Assembly: GCA_041737385.1 (NCBI GenBank)
Contig: JBGSRU010000007.1
Location: forward strand, 5,552-69,551
DNA: 64,000 nt
Direction: 5' to 3'
Source of the DNA: Candidatus Saccharimonadales bacterium
Lineage (GTDB): Bacteria; Patescibacteriota; Saccharimonadia; Saccharimonadales; SZUA-47
The notes below the pieces were generated by a model. That model was not told where the DNA came from. It did no database searches and was given only the letters and a program-made list of their open reading frames with translations. This document shows positions 41,891 through 52,396 of this stretch, piece by piece (position 1 is the first letter of the stretch; every line of letters begins with the position of its first letter). The position numbers and the translations under genes were made by a program.

Positions 41891-43405
41891 ATGTCACAAA
41901 GTCAAAACGTATTATTATTGTATCCGCATCAGCTGTATGCTGCTGATTTGCTGCCGAGAGAGGTTGATCAAGTCTATCTAATTGAGGACCCTTTATTGTT
42001 TGGACGTGATGCTCAATATCCGCTCTATCTGCATAAGCAGAAGCTCGTGCTTCACCGTTCGTCAATGCGCCGCTATGTCGAAGAGGTGTTATGGCCCGCC
42101 GGCTACCAAGTTGAATACATAGAATTCCATCACATGAATGAGACGGGCGATATCGTTAATAAACTTTCTCATGCGGCTAGAGTTGAATATTTTGATCCTA
42201 CTGATGATGTACTGTGTCGTCGATTGACTGAGGCGCTACAAGGCTTAGAGAATCAACCAGAAATTAGACAACTCGATTCACCCAACTTTTATCTGACTCG
42301 CTCAGAGGTAAAGTCTTTTTTTGCAAAGAAAGATAAAGCCAGCTTTACGAGTTTTTATCAATGGCAACGTGAGCGGTTCAACGTGCTTATAAATCAAGAA
42401 ACCTATAAACCGCTTGGCGGTAAGCTGAGCTTTGATGCCGATAACCGTAAAAGGCTCCCGAAGGATCATGTTTCACCAAGCTTCCAAGTATATGGTTCAA
42501 ACAAATATGTTGATGAAGCAAAAGAGTATGTTCAACACCATTTCACCGATAATCCTGGCAGTATCGATGAATTCCCATGGCCAACGAATCACGAAGAAGC
42601 CGCTGCATGGCTTGATGAGTTTGTCGAAACGCGCCTAGAAAAGTTTGGTCCATACGAAGACGCTATAGATGGTGAAGCACCTTGGGTGTATCACAGTGCA
42701 CTATCTCCGGTGATTAACATTGGTCTCATAAGTCCAATGGAAGTGGTGAATAGAGCAGTTGCGTACAGCGAAAAGAAAGAAATACCAATCGCAAGCTTAG
42801 AAGGTTTTATAAGGCAAATACTAGGTTGGCGTGAATACATGCGGGGAATGTATATCGATCGACATGTACAGCTTCGAACAACGAACACATTTTCGCACCG
42901 TCGTGGTCTCACTAACGACTGGTACGCTGGTACAACTGGTGTTGTGCCACTCGATGACGTTATCAAAAAAACACTCGCAAGGGGATATGCACATCATATA
43001 GAGCGGCTGATGGTGGTTGGCAATATGATGTTTTTATCCGAAATTCACCCGACAGAAGTTTACCGCTGGTTTATGGAAATGTATGTTGATGCCTATGATT
43101 GGGTGATGGTGCCAAACGTCTACGGTATGAGTCAATATTCAGACGGTGGCAGTATGACAACCAAGCCGTATGTAAGCAGTAGCAACTATATTCTGAGCAT
43201 GAGTCACTACGAAAAATCTGGCTGGTGCGATGTGTGGGACGGACTATATTGGCAGTTTATCGAAAAGAACAGTGAGCGTTTCGCTAAAAACCCACGCATG
43301 CGAATGATGGTGTCGCAACTTGGTCGTTTACAGGAGAATCGTAAGCGAGTGATTAGCTATAGAGCGCAAGATTTTATCGCTGAAAAAACCTCCGAACCAT
43401 CCTAA
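41891..43405 (+). CDS. Cryptochrome/photolyase-related protein (COG3046, PhrB/CryB-like lineage)
   Basis: N-terminus LLLYPHQLY..., GWREYMRGMY, HHIERLMVVGN, KPYVSSSNYILSMS blocks. Confidence 0.75.
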   Translation: MSQSQNVLLLYPHQLYAADLLPREVDQVYLIEDPLLFGRDAQYPLYLHKQKLVLHRSSMRRYVEEVLWPAGYQVEYIEFHHMNETGDIVNKLSHAARVEYFDPTDDVLCRRLTEALQGLENQPEIRQLDSPNFYLTRSEVKSFFAKKDKASFTSFYQWQRERFNVLINQETYKPLGGKLSFDADNRKRLPKDHVSPSFQVYGSNKYVDEAKEYVQHHFTDNPGSIDEFPWPTNHEEAAAWLDEFVETRLEKFGPYEDAIDGEAPWVYHSALSPVINIGLISPMEVVNRAVAYSEKKEIPIASLEGFIRQILGWREYMRGMYIDRHVQLRTTNTFSHRRGLTNDWYAGTTGVVPLDDVIKKTLARGYAHHIERLMVVGNMMFLSEIHPTEVYRWFMEMYVDAYDWVMVPNVYGMSQYSDGGSMTTKPYVSSSNYILSMSHYEKSGWCDVWDGLYWQFIEKNSERFAKNPRMRMMVSQLGRLQENRKRVISYRAQDFIAEKTSEPS

Positions 43406-43490
43406 ATAGCCGTAATCTATAGTTGCTGAAGTCTGCCTGCGTAGCGTACTGTTGAAGTAGTCACTTAAAGTAAAATTGAGGTATAAAATC

Positions 43491-44705
43491 ATGCTTGAAA
43501 CAGCACAAAACGCAATCAAAGCAGCAGCCGTAACGCTCGGTCTTTCGCAGACAGACACTGATGAGTTACTAACTGTTAATGAGGCCCACGAATTTGAAAT
43601 TGAACTAAAGAATGGTAAAAAGTTCCATGGGTTTCGGTTGCAGCACAATAACGCCAGAGGTCCGTATAAAGGAGGTGTTCGATTTCATCCTGAAGTCGAC
43701 TTGGATGAGGTGAAAGCTCTTGCAACACTCATGAGTCTAAAGACAGCCCTTGTCGATATCCCTCTTGGTGGCGGAAAGGGCGGAGTACAAGTGAACCCTA
43801 AAGAGCTGTCTTCCGAAGAGCTGGAGGAGTTATCTCGAGAGTATGTGAGGCACCTTGTTGATCATATTGGTCCAGACAAAGACATTCCAGCGCCAGACGT
43901 CAATACTACACCGCAGATAATGGATTGGTTTGTCGATGAGTACAGTACACTAACGGGTGACACAACAAAAGGAAGCTTTACCGGAAAAAGTCTCGATAAA
44001 GGTGGCAGTGAAGGCCGTGGTCAAGCAACCGGAAGAGGTGGTCTATACGTACTCGATGAAATCTTCGAAGCAGATAAACAATCAGGTGAGCCAATTACCT
44101 ATGCAATACAGGGATTCGGAAATGCTGGTTCGGTATTTGCTGAACTTGTGTCTGAGCAACATCCTGAATGGAAGCTCATTGCTGCGACAGATTCAGGTGG
44201 TGGAGTCCAAAGTCACGAAGGCTTAGACGTGGCTGATTTGGTTGAGTTTAAGAAGAATAAGGGGAGCTTTAGGGACTATTCGAAAGACGGCGTCAGCAGT
44301 ATCGACGGGAAAGCGGTTATTGCCCAAGAAGTGACTGTTTTAGTGTTAGCCGCACTCGGCGGTGCAGTGGATGAGTCTAACCAGTCGCAGGTAAAAGCGA
44401 AAATGATACTTGAGCTTGCAAATGGTCCCGTAACGACAGAAGCACAGAACGAACTGGTTGCAAGAAATATCCAAGTTATTCCTGATTTTCTCTCAAATGC
44501 TGGCGGTGTTGTCGTGAGTTATTTTGAGTGGCAACAAAACATGAGCGGTGAGCACTGGGAGCTTGATGCCGTGAACAACAAATTAGAACAAGTCATGAAA
44601 TCGGCAACGAAAGCCGTACTCTCTAAGTCAAAAGAGACGGAAACGAGCCTTAAGCAGGCCGCTTTTATCATTGCCGTTGATAGATTACACAACGCGATGC
44701 ACTAG
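43491..44705 (+). CDS. gdh: Glutamate dehydrogenase (Glu/Leu/Phe/Val dehydrogenase family)
   Basis: RGPYKGGVRFHP, PLGGGKGG, GFGNAG Rossmann motif. Start at ATG 43491 after GAGG. Confidence 0.9.
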   Translation: MLETAQNAIKAAAVTLGLSQTDTDELLTVNEAHEFEIELKNGKKFHGFRLQHNNARGPYKGGVRFHPEVDLDEVKALATLMSLKTALVDIPLGGGKGGVQVNPKELSSEELEELSREYVRHLVDHIGPDKDIPAPDVNTTPQIMDWFVDEYSTLTGDTTKGSFTGKSLDKGGSEGRGQATGRGGLYVLDEIFEADKQSGEPITYAIQGFGNAGSVFAELVSEQHPEWKLIAATDSGGGVQSHEGLDVADLVEFKKNKGSFRDYSKDGVSSIDGKAVIAQEVTVLVLAALGGAVDESNQSQVKAKMILELANGPVTTEAQNELVARNIQVIPDFLSNAGGVVVSYFEWQQNMSGEHWELDAVNNKLEQVMKSATKAVLSKSKETETSLKQAAFIIAVDRLHNAMH

Positions 44706-44770
44706 GGTTATTTGCCTTTTTATAAAAGATTGGTATACGATTCAACCATAAATAAACGGAGAGCAGGTCA

Positions 44771-45097
44771 ATGTACAGTTATATTAAAGGATTTTCTGAT
44801 TTCGTAAGAGAACAAGGCATTGTTGGTTTAGCGGTTGGACTAGCAATCGGTGTGCAAGCAGGTAGTACTGTATCAGCGCTTGTGAAGAATTTTATCGATC
44901 CTATTGTTGGATTTATACTTGGTGGAGCTGACCTTAGCAATCTTGTCTGGGAAACTGGTCTAGAGCGCGGTGGAAACGAACTCGTGTTCGGTTGGGGTGC
45001 AATCGTGAGCGCGATTATCACACTTCTCGCAACAGCATTCGTCGTCTACTTTATCGTCGAAAAAGCAGGGCTAACAAAGCTCGATAAAAAGAAATAG
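44771..45097 (+). CDS. mscL: Large-conductance mechanosensitive channel
   Basis: FSDFVREQGIVGLAVGLAIG N-terminus and a 108-aa two-TM layout. Confidence 0.88.
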   Translation: MYSYIKGFSDFVREQGIVGLAVGLAIGVQAGSTVSALVKNFIDPIVGFILGGADLSNLVWETGLERGGNELVFGWGAIVSAIITLLATAFVVYFIVEKAGLTKLDKKK

Positions 45098-45121
45098 TAT
45101 ATCTTGCAAAAGTTTTAAACA

Positions 45122-45154
45122 AAAACTGCCCTTATAAAAATGGAGGCAGTTTTT
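45122..45154 (+). terminator. Rho-independent terminator after mscL
   Basis: AAAACTGCC-14 nt-GGCAGTTTTT. Confidence 0.55.
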
Positions 45155-45167
45155 GTATACTAGTAGT

Positions 45168-45545
45168 ATGACTAAACAACTCAACCCAGATTTATCAGAA
45201 GAGCAAAAGAACGTGCTATTAAACAAGGCAACGGAAACACCTTTTAGTGGAGAATTACTTCATAATGATGAAGATGGTGACTATCTTTGTGCGAACTGTG
45301 GCACAGCTGTGTTTGGTGCTGAGACAAAATTTGATTCAGGTTCAGGTTGGCCGAGTTTCTATGACGTTAAGAACACAAAAGCCGTTAAGTTGATAACCGA
45401 TACGTCACTTGGTATGGAGCGTGTTGAGGTGACTTGCGCCACTTGCGGCGGCCATTTAGGACATGTATTTCATGACGGTCATGATCAGCCAACGGGTATG
45501 CGATTTTGTATCAACTCCGTGTCGCTTGATTTCAAGAAGAAGTGA
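45168..45545 (+). CDS. msrB: Peptide-methionine (R)-S-oxide reductase
   Basis: CANCG...GWPSF...CATCGGHLGHVF...RFCINS signature. Confidence 0.92.
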   Translation: MTKQLNPDLSEEQKNVLLNKATETPFSGELLHNDEDGDYLCANCGTAVFGAETKFDSGSGWPSFYDVKNTKAVKLITDTSLGMERVEVTCATCGGHLGHVFHDGHDQPTGMRFCINSVSLDFKKK

Positions 45546-45602
45546 TGTAATTCACTAGAACAATCGACTCAGGTGCTTCATACTAAGGAGTAGTAAATAT
45601 GA

Positions 45603-45986
45603 GGTGAGATTATCTACTACACACTGACTAACAACACACTAGCGTTTATTCTTGAAGGAACCGAACAGATCGCAGCTTTGCGCGCTAAAATAAGTATCGC
45701 CAAAGAGGATATTACATCTATTGAGTGGCATGAAGTTTTTTCCCAATGGAACACGCTGTCTGTGCGTATGCCCGGAAGCTATTTACCGCGATGGATTATG
45801 GCCGGCAGCTATTGGTCTGATGATGGATGGGATTTTGTCTACGCCAAGAAGCCTCGAGGTATGCTGAAGCCAATTCTCCATAACGTTCTGGTAGTGACCA
45901 CAACTAAAGATCGCTATAAAAGAATTATTGTCGAAATAACGAAAGAGAATGCAAACGAAATTACGCACTGGTTAAATGAAAAATGA
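45603..45986 (+). CDS. PH-like-domain hypothetical protein with an unresolved start
   Basis: The open frame begins right after TGA 45600-45602 and encodes a conserved-looking N-terminus (IIYYTLTNNTLAFILEG). The first canonical starts are CTG 45624 and TTG 45678. An SD-preceded ATG at 45599 is out of frame. Confidence 0.45.
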   Translation, partial: GEIIYYTLTNNTLAFILEGTEQIAALRAKISIAKEDITSIEWHEVFSQWNTLSVRMPGSYLPRWIMAGSYWSDDGWDFVYAKKPRGMLKPILHNVLVVTTTKDRYKRIIVEITKENANEITHWLNEK

Positions 45987-47209
45987 TTCCTTATCCGCGT
46001 AGTTCTAGAAAAGGCTGGTCACTAATCAAGCTGGTTCTCCTCGCACTTGTCATTTCGGCTGGAGTGTATTTCTCGATTGCACTAGTCGTGTCTGGACGCG
46101 AGTCAGCAGTGGTGATTCAGGAAACAACACTTACAACAGAATCTGTGGCTCCAAAAGAGCTAAAAGGAACACTTGAAAGTCGGTTCATGTTCAGTGGTAC
46201 GGTCGTGACCGCTCGAGCCGTCGAAAACGAAGCTCGAGATTCTAGCGGTACGGTTAATTGGGCATCTGTTTTTAGTCAGTTTGCAAGCTTTCAACCAGAA
46301 AAGTATTCAGAATGGTTTATCGATATGGAGTGTCCTGTAACGACGAACACGATTCCGTATCGTACACAGGTAGAAAACACCGTATTTAACTGTCCGCCAA
46401 GTGTATTTCCTGAGATGTCAAAGTTTATTACTGTTGCGAATATCGCGAACAACCATACACGTGACCAAGGGGATGATGGCTTCACCGAGACAAGGAAAAA
46501 CGTACTGGAAGGTGGACTTCAGGCAGTCGGCAACTGGGATCCTCGCGAGAAAGATGACCTATGTGAAGTAATGGGGCTTACCTATACACTGACGATCGAA
46601 GCCACCGAACCGCGCGATGTCGAAGTGCCAATTGCAGTTTGTGCATTTCATTACTTTGAGAAAGAGCCTCGGGATGACGAGCTAGACGAAGTCAGTCAGT
46701 ACTCAGATATAATGCCGGTGATTGGGCTCATGCAGGTTGGTGTAGAATACCGACCAAATGCTGATGATCGTCAGATTGAGGTTGGACGCGCGTTGATTGA
46801 TCGAGGTGTAGATTTTGTGGTGGGTAACTCGCCACACTGGGTGCAAAATACTGAAGTCTATAAAGATAAACTGATTGTATATTCAACGGGAAACTTCATA
46901 TTTGACCAACTAGATGATGAAACGAACAGGGGATTGAACCTCGATGTGCAGGCCGTGGCGGAATATAATGAAAATCTTGAATCTTGGATTGAACTTGGCA
47001 AGAACTGTAAGCCAGAAGTATTTAAAGATGATTGTTTCCAGCAAGCCAAGCAAAACAATTTAGAGAAAGTAAACTTTTCGTATAACTTCTCTATTGTTGC
47101 CAGCACAGGTGGGTTTGGAGAGATTACTGCTAGAGCAGATTCAGTGACACAAGCCGCTGTAGAAGTCCGCGCAAATTGGGCACAGTCACTAAGCGCACTA
47201 GGGCAATAG
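45983..47209 (+). CDS. CapA-family (PGA_cap) metallophosphatase-like protein
   Basis: N-terminal TM. ANIANNHTRDQG, GNSPHWVQ, STGNFIFDQ motifs. Confidence 0.8.
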   Translation: MIPYPRSSRKGWSLIKLVLLALVISAGVYFSIALVVSGRESAVVIQETTLTTESVAPKELKGTLESRFMFSGTVVTARAVENEARDSSGTVNWASVFSQFASFQPEKYSEWFIDMECPVTTNTIPYRTQVENTVFNCPPSVFPEMSKFITVANIANNHTRDQGDDGFTETRKNVLEGGLQAVGNWDPREKDDLCEVMGLTYTLTIEATEPRDVEVPIAVCAFHYFEKEPRDDELDEVSQYSDIMPVIGLMQVGVEYRPNADDRQIEVGRALIDRGVDFVVGNSPHWVQNTEVYKDKLIVYSTGNFIFDQLDDETNRGLNLDVQAVAEYNENLESWIELGKNCKPEVFKDDCFQQAKQNNLEKVNFSYNFSIVASTGGFGEITARADSVTQAAVEVRANWAQSLSALGQ

Positions 47210-47231
47210 ATACAGTGATATACTGTGTTCA

Positions 47232-47792
47232 ATGAAAAAACCGAAATTTAAGCCTACCAAATATCTATGGCTCGACCTTGAAATGACAGGACTTGTTCCT
47301 GAGCTAGATGTTATCTTAGAGGTCTCTGCTGAGATAACAGGTACAGATCTAGAGACAATCGACTCTTATGAGGCGACTATTCAGCATGACCGCGATTTGG
47401 TTCTGAGACGCATGCAAGAAAACCCTTGGTGGAAAGATTATCCAGAGAACAGAGATGCTTTCATGGAGGGACTTTCTAAGTCCAAGTCACTGGCTGCGGT
47501 CGAAAAAGAGTTGATAGCTGTTGTTGATCATCATTTTAAAAACGAACCAGCTGTTCTTGCGGGTAACTCAATTCAGAGTGATCGAGCATTTATAAAGCAA
47601 TGGATGCCAGAGCTGGAGCTTCGGTTGCACTATCGTATGCTAGACGTGACGTCATGGAAGATAGTTATGGAAACTATGTACGATGTTGAGTTTGAGAAAC
47701 CTGAAGTGCATCGTGCCTATGAAGACATACAAGCAAGTATTGCTGAACTTCAGTACTACTTAGAATGGTTCAAAAAGAATGCAGAATCGTAA
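47232..47792 (+). CDS. orn: Oligoribonuclease (DEDDh exonuclease)
   Basis: YLWLDLEMTGL, GNSIQSDRAFI, HRAYEDI. Confidence 0.88.
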   Translation: MKKPKFKPTKYLWLDLEMTGLVPELDVILEVSAEITGTDLETIDSYEATIQHDRDLVLRRMQENPWWKDYPENRDAFMEGLSKSKSLAAVEKELIAVVDHHFKNEPAVLAGNSIQSDRAFIKQWMPELELRLHYRMLDVTSWKIVMETMYDVEFEKPEVHRAYEDIQASIAELQYYLEWFKKNAES

Positions 47793-48138
47793 GGAAATAG
47801 AAGATTATATTTTGAGCCTACCAAACACTCGGCTCGACTATCCATTTGGTGAAGATGTCGCGGTCTACAAGGTGAGTAATGGTGAAGATAAAATGTTTGC
47901 GTTAATACCAGAAAACAAAGAGCCGATACACTTGAGTCTAAAATGTGATCCAACACTTGCGGTGACGCTAAGAGATAAATACGAGTCGATCATGGAAGGC
48001 TATCACCTCAACAAAAAGCATTGGAACACGATGCTCATGACTGGACAGTTAGAAGATCAGGATGTCAAAGATCTCATCCTCCACAGTTATCAGCTTGTAC
48101 TTGGCGTACCCGGTCACGTACCAACTTTCAAAAAATAG
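47779..48138 (+). CDS. MmcQ/YjbR-family protein
   Basis: YPFGEDVAVYKV..KMFAL...LKCDP...HLNKKHWNT. Confidence 0.75.
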   Translation: MQNRKEIEDYILSLPNTRLDYPFGEDVAVYKVSNGEDKMFALIPENKEPIHLSLKCDPTLAVTLRDKYESIMEGYHLNKKHWNTMLMTGQLEDQDVKDLILHSYQLVLGVPGHVPTFKK

Positions 48139-48141
48139 CAC

Positions 48142-48720
48142 TTATTGAATTGTTGTTTCTAGATTCTCGATTGCAGTTTTGAGCAGTTGTTTTTCTTTAG
48201 CAGTCGATGCTTCGGCAAAAGATGTTTTGAGCGCGCTATAATATTTGTTGCTTCTTGAGCTGACCGCTTCTTGAACGACGGCGTCATATGTCCCATCCTG
48301 TCGTGCCGACTCAAAAGATGCATCAATATCTTTATCGGTGAGAGCATTTAATTGCAGTTTTGTGACTATTTCTTTACGGGTTGTTAACAGATCGCTCACC
48401 TGTTTTTCATCAGTAGTGACTATAGCATCTAAAGTAGCCAGTTTATTTTTTACTGTTATATCACTCAGGTTTTTTTGTCCAAGATTTATAATACGAAGCA
48501 GTTCTGTCTGCTGAGCCTGTACATTGATAAGATCTTGATTGTTTGTTTTTCCAATCGAGGAAAGTAGCGAAAAAGCGACAATAATAGCGGTGATAATGAA
48601 TACGAGAAAAAGCGCAATAGGAATAAACTTTTGTTTTAGAGCCCCAGCAGGAGAAAGCGGAGCATTACGTTTTTGAGCCGGATCCATAATGAAATCATAG
48701 GGCGTTTTTTCGGGATTCAT
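48142..48720 (-). CDS. Membrane-anchored hypothetical protein
   Basis: Single TM (FIPIALFLVFIITAIIVAFSLL) followed by a helical domain. Confidence 0.5.
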   Translation of the reverse strand: MNPEKTPYDFIMDPAQKRNAPLSPAGALKQKFIPIALFLVFIITAIIVAFSLLSSIGKTNNQDLINVQAQQTELLRIINLGQKNLSDITVKNKLATLDAIVTTDEKQVSDLLTTRKEIVTKLQLNALTDKDIDASFESARQDGTYDAVVQEAVSSRSNKYYSALKTSFAEASTAKEKQLLKTAIENLETTIQ

Positions 48721-48786
48721 GACTATAATAATAACTCATAACGCTTATACTAGCTACTACAGGCTTTTTGCGAGATAATGTAGTTC

Positions 48787-50511
48787 ATGACGGATGCAGT
48801 AACAGAAATAAAAGCAAAGCTCGGTATTGAAGACATTGTGAGTGAATATGTCCAGTTAAAGCGTTCAGGTAGGAATTTTAAGGGCCTCAGCCCATTTACC
48901 AATGAAAAGTCACCAAGCTTCATAGTGAGTCCAGAAAAACAGATCTGGCACGACTTTAGCTCAGGAAAAGGCGGCGATATGTTTAGCTTTATCCAAGAAG
49001 TTGAGGGCTTAGATTTTAAGGGTTCGCTGGAGTTACTTGCGAGGAAGTCCGGTATAGACCTTGCTGATTTTCAGACAACAAAAACAAGTGGAGATGGAGA
49101 CAGAAAAGCAAAAGATAGATTATTTGAAGCAGTAGAGCACGCTGTCAAATTCTACCAAGTACAACTGACAAAACACACTCCTTCGCTAAAGTATTTACGT
49201 GAACACCGAGGGTACGAAAAGCAGACATTACTTGATTTTCGTTTTGGCTACTCACCGAGTAGTGGTAAAGCGCTCAGTAATTACTTAGCGACAAAAGGCT
49301 ACAGTACTTCAGAGCTGCAGAAAGCTGGACTCATTTCAAGCCGCGGCAATGATACCTATGATATGTTCCGTGACCGAATCATGATTCCATTATTAGATCC
49401 ACAGGGAAGGGCAGTCGGATTCACTGCTCGACTTCTTACGGAAGATAAAAATGCTCCAAAATACATCAATACCCCAAGCACGCCACTGTACGATAAGGGT
49501 CGCCAAGTATTTGGGCTCTCACAAGCCAAAGAAACCATAAGAAAGACCGGTTACGTAGTTGTCGTTGAAGGTAATCTAGATGTTGTTGCAAGCCATCAGG
49601 CTGGTGTTGCTCAAGTTGTTGCATCTGCAGGCACCGCCTTAACCACGTATCACCTGAAATCACTGCAGCGGTTCACTGGAGATATACGCTTAGCGTTTGA
49701 TGATGACAGAGCAGGGCAAGATGCCGCGGAACGTGCAATCCCGCTGGCTCAAACGCTTGGACTGGAGCTCAGCATCGTGAGGTTGCCAAATGGTAAAGAC
49801 CCAGATGACCTTATTAAACAAGACGTATCAGCATGGCAGAAAACAGTCGACTCGTCTCAGTATATGGTTGACTGGCTTATTGATAGGATTGCAGAAACTG
49901 TTGATCTATCGAGTGCTCAAGGTAAAAGGCAGTTTACACAGAGAATTTTGGTGCTGGTCAGGCAGCTGAAAGATACGGTTGAACAGGAACATTATGCACG
50001 AGTTATTGCCGAGAAAACCCACACCAGTTATGAAACGATACAGTCAAAACTATCAGAACAACCAGCGGTGCAAACACGACTGAAATCTGTCAAAGTCGAT
50101 ACAGACGAGCCAAAGACGAATAAAGAGCAACGAGTGAGGGAGCAACACTTGCTCGCAATGAGCATGCACTCAAGCAATATCGGCCAAAATTTAGCAAAAT
50201 TACCGCTTGATGTATTCTCGGCAGAAGCGCAAGAAACAGCAAGCTACATACAACAGCATCCAGGTGTCTCGCCAACAGAGTCAGAATATGGTACAATGTT
50301 GCTACTTCTATTTGAGGAATATTACCAGCATACTGACGAAGACGAGCTTGCCTATCAGGCAAAACAGCTTCTCACCAGACTGGTAACAACGTACACGAAA
50401 CTAAAAAAACAAGCTCTCGCCAACGAACTGGCAGAAGCTGATGATGAAAAACAGAAAACATTATTACAAGCAGTTAAACAGCTAGATGATCTAGTTGTGC
50501 AATTTTCATAG
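48787..50511 (+). CDS. dnaG: DNA primase
   Basis: Zinc-binding N-terminus (region [13 protein letters not shown]), TOPRIM ([16 protein letters not shown]). Confidence 0.92.
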   Translation: MTDAVTEIKAKLGIEDIVSEYVQLKRSGRNFKGLSPFTNEKSPSFIVSPEKQIWHDFSSGKGGDMFSFIQEVEGLDFKGSLELLARKSGIDLADFQTTKTSGDGDRKAKDRLFEAVEHAVKFYQVQLTKHTPSLKYLREHRGYEKQTLLDFRFGYSPSSGKALSNYLATKGYSTSELQKAGLISSRGNDTYDMFRDRIMIPLLDPQGRAVGFTARLLTEDKNAPKYINTPSTPLYDKGRQVFGLSQAKETIRKTGYVVVVEGNLDVVASHQAGVAQVVASAGTALTTYHLKSLQRFTGDIRLAFDDDRAGQDAAERAIPLAQTLGLELSIVRLPNGKDPDDLIKQDVSAWQKTVDSSQYMVDWLIDRIAETVDLSSAQGKRQFTQRILVLVRQLKDTVEQEHYARVIAEKTHTSYETIQSKLSEQPAVQTRLKSVKVDTDEPKTNKEQRVREQHLLAMSMHSSNIGQNLAKLPLDVFSAEAQETASYIQQHPGVSPTESEYGTMLLLLFEEYYQHTDEDELAYQAKQLLTRLVTTYTKLKKQALANELAEADDEKQKTLLQAVKQLDDLVVQFS

Positions 50512-50533
50512 AATTTTTAAAAGGAGTCTATTC

Positions 50534-51697
50534 GTGGCGAAGAACCCATCTAAAAAAGCAGAAACTAAACCTGCAAAGAACAACAAAGCTGACAAGGAAC
50601 ATCCAATGGAGGAAGTTGCTAAAGATTTGCTTGAGAAAGCAATAAAGTCAGGCAAGATTGACCAAAAAGAGATAGTGAAGCACATTTCTGAGAAGCCAGA
50701 AAATCTCGATATCTTAGATAAACTATATGGTGACTTAGCAGAAGCTGATGTAGAGATAACAGGTGCTACTGAACCAAACCCAGCGCTGTTTACCGATGAA
50801 TGGGGCGACGACGATGAAGAAGAAGAAAAGACAACCATCAAACAAGATACAAGCTATCTTGACGATGTTGCTGACGACTCAGTACGTCTATACCTACGGG
50901 AAATTGGTAAGATTCCACTTTTGACTTCTGAAGAAGAACTAGCATTAGCGCACCGCGTCGTAGCAGGTGAAAAGCGTGCAAAAGACAAAATGGCAGAAGC
51001 AAACATGCGCCTTGTGGTGTCTATTGCAAAGCGCTACGTTGGTCGTGGGCTAGATTTACTCGACCTAATCCAAGAGGGAAACACAGGACTGCTTCGCGCA
51101 GTAGAAAAGTTCGATCCAGACAAAGGATTTAAGTTTTCAACATACGCAACATGGTGGATTCGACAAGCTATTACGCGTGCTATTGCTGACCAAGCCCGAA
51201 CTATCCGTATCCCTGTACATATGGTTGAGACAATCAACAAACTCCTTAGAACTCAACGTCGACTTACACAAGACCTGAACCGTGAACCAACTAACGAAGA
51301 GATTGCTGAAGAAATGGAGCTTGACGTCGAAAAAGTTGAGCACATCATGAAGATCAAGCAAGACATCAGCTCTCTTGACGCTTCTGTGCGCGACGATGAA
51401 GAAGATTCAGTATTGCAAGATTTTATCGAAGACGAGGACACGGTCACTCCTGAAGAATCAGCGACAGGGCAGCTACTAAAAGAACAGGTAAAAGGTTTGC
51501 TTGGGAGTTTGAGTGAGCGCGAGCAAAAGATTCTGCGCCTCCGATTCGGCCTAGAAGATGGCAAAAATCACACGTTAGAAGAAGTAGGACAAGAGTTTAG
51601 CGTGACTCGTGAGCGAATTAGACAGATTGAAGCTAAGGCGCTTGCTAAGCTAAAAAAGCACAAAGATTCTCGTAAATTTATGGAATACCTAAAGTAA
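50534..51697 (+). CDS. rpoD: RNA polymerase primary sigma factor
   Basis: GTG start after AAGGAG. Regions 1.2-4.2 are present ([40 protein letters not shown]). Confidence 0.93.
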   Translation: MAKNPSKKAETKPAKNNKADKEHPMEEVAKDLLEKAIKSGKIDQKEIVKHISEKPENLDILDKLYGDLAEADVEITGATEPNPALFTDEWGDDDEEEEKTTIKQDTSYLDDVADDSVRLYLREIGKIPLLTSEEELALAHRVVAGEKRAKDKMAEANMRLVVSIAKRYVGRGLDLLDLIQEGNTGLLRAVEKFDPDKGFKFSTYATWWIRQAITRAIADQARTIRIPVHMVETINKLLRTQRRLTQDLNREPTNEEIAEEMELDVEKVEHIMKIKQDISSLDASVRDDEEDSVLQDFIEDEDTVTPEESATGQLLKEQVKGLLGSLSEREQKILRLRFGLEDGKNHTLEEVGQEFSVTRERIRQIEAKALAKLKKHKDSRKFMEYLK

Positions 51698-51805
51698 CCC
51701 TGTAGGGCTACTAAATCTGATAATTGATAGAAAATATCTAAGGATAGCTCCAGCTAAGAACCCCTCAAGTATCAAGTATTAGGTATTTACTATATAATTT
51801 CAGAT

Positions 51806-52387
51806 ATGAAGTTAATTGGATTATCTGGAACGAATGGCAGCGGTAAAGATACGGTTGCTGAATTATTAGCAAAACGACACAATTTTTTGTTCATTTCTGT
51901 CAGTGACTTACTCCGCGATGAAGCGAGAACAAGAGAGTTATCAAATGAACGTGAAATACTTCGAATGATTAGTGCTGAATGGCGCCGTGAGCACGGGCTA
52001 GGGGCACTTATTGACAAAGCCGTCGAACTCTACAACGAAAAAGGCGGCGACAATGAATTTAACGGCCTTGTAGTCTCAAGTATTCGTAATACTGGTGAGA
52101 TAGAGCGCATACATGAATACGGTGGAGAGCTTATATGGATAGATGCGGATCCGCAGATTCGCTATGATCGTATCAACTCGCGGGGACGAGAAGACGATAA
52201 AATTTCATTCGAAGAGTTTCAAGCACAAGAAAAGGTTGAGATGGAGCGAAGTGGTGACGCGGCAACACTGAACATGGCTGATGTTAAAAAAGGTGCAGAT
52301 AGAACATTCATGAATAATCATGTAGATATCGAATCTCTCGATAAAACAGTTATGGATGATTTAAAGCATCTCCGGTCAGGAAACTAG
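51806..52387 (+). CDS. P-loop nucleotide/nucleoside kinase-like protein (CoaE/dNMP-kinase-like)
   Basis: IGLSGTNGSGKDTV Walker A. About 190 aa. Substrate not assignable. Confidence 0.5.
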   Translation: MKLIGLSGTNGSGKDTVAELLAKRHNFLFISVSDLLRDEARTRELSNEREILRMISAEWRREHGLGALIDKAVELYNEKGGDNEFNGLVVSSIRNTGEIERIHEYGGELIWIDADPQIRYDRINSRGREDDKISFEEFQAQEKVEMERSGDAATLNMADVKKGADRTFMNNHVDIESLDKTVMDDLKHLRSGN

Positions 52388-52396
52388 ATGCATTAT

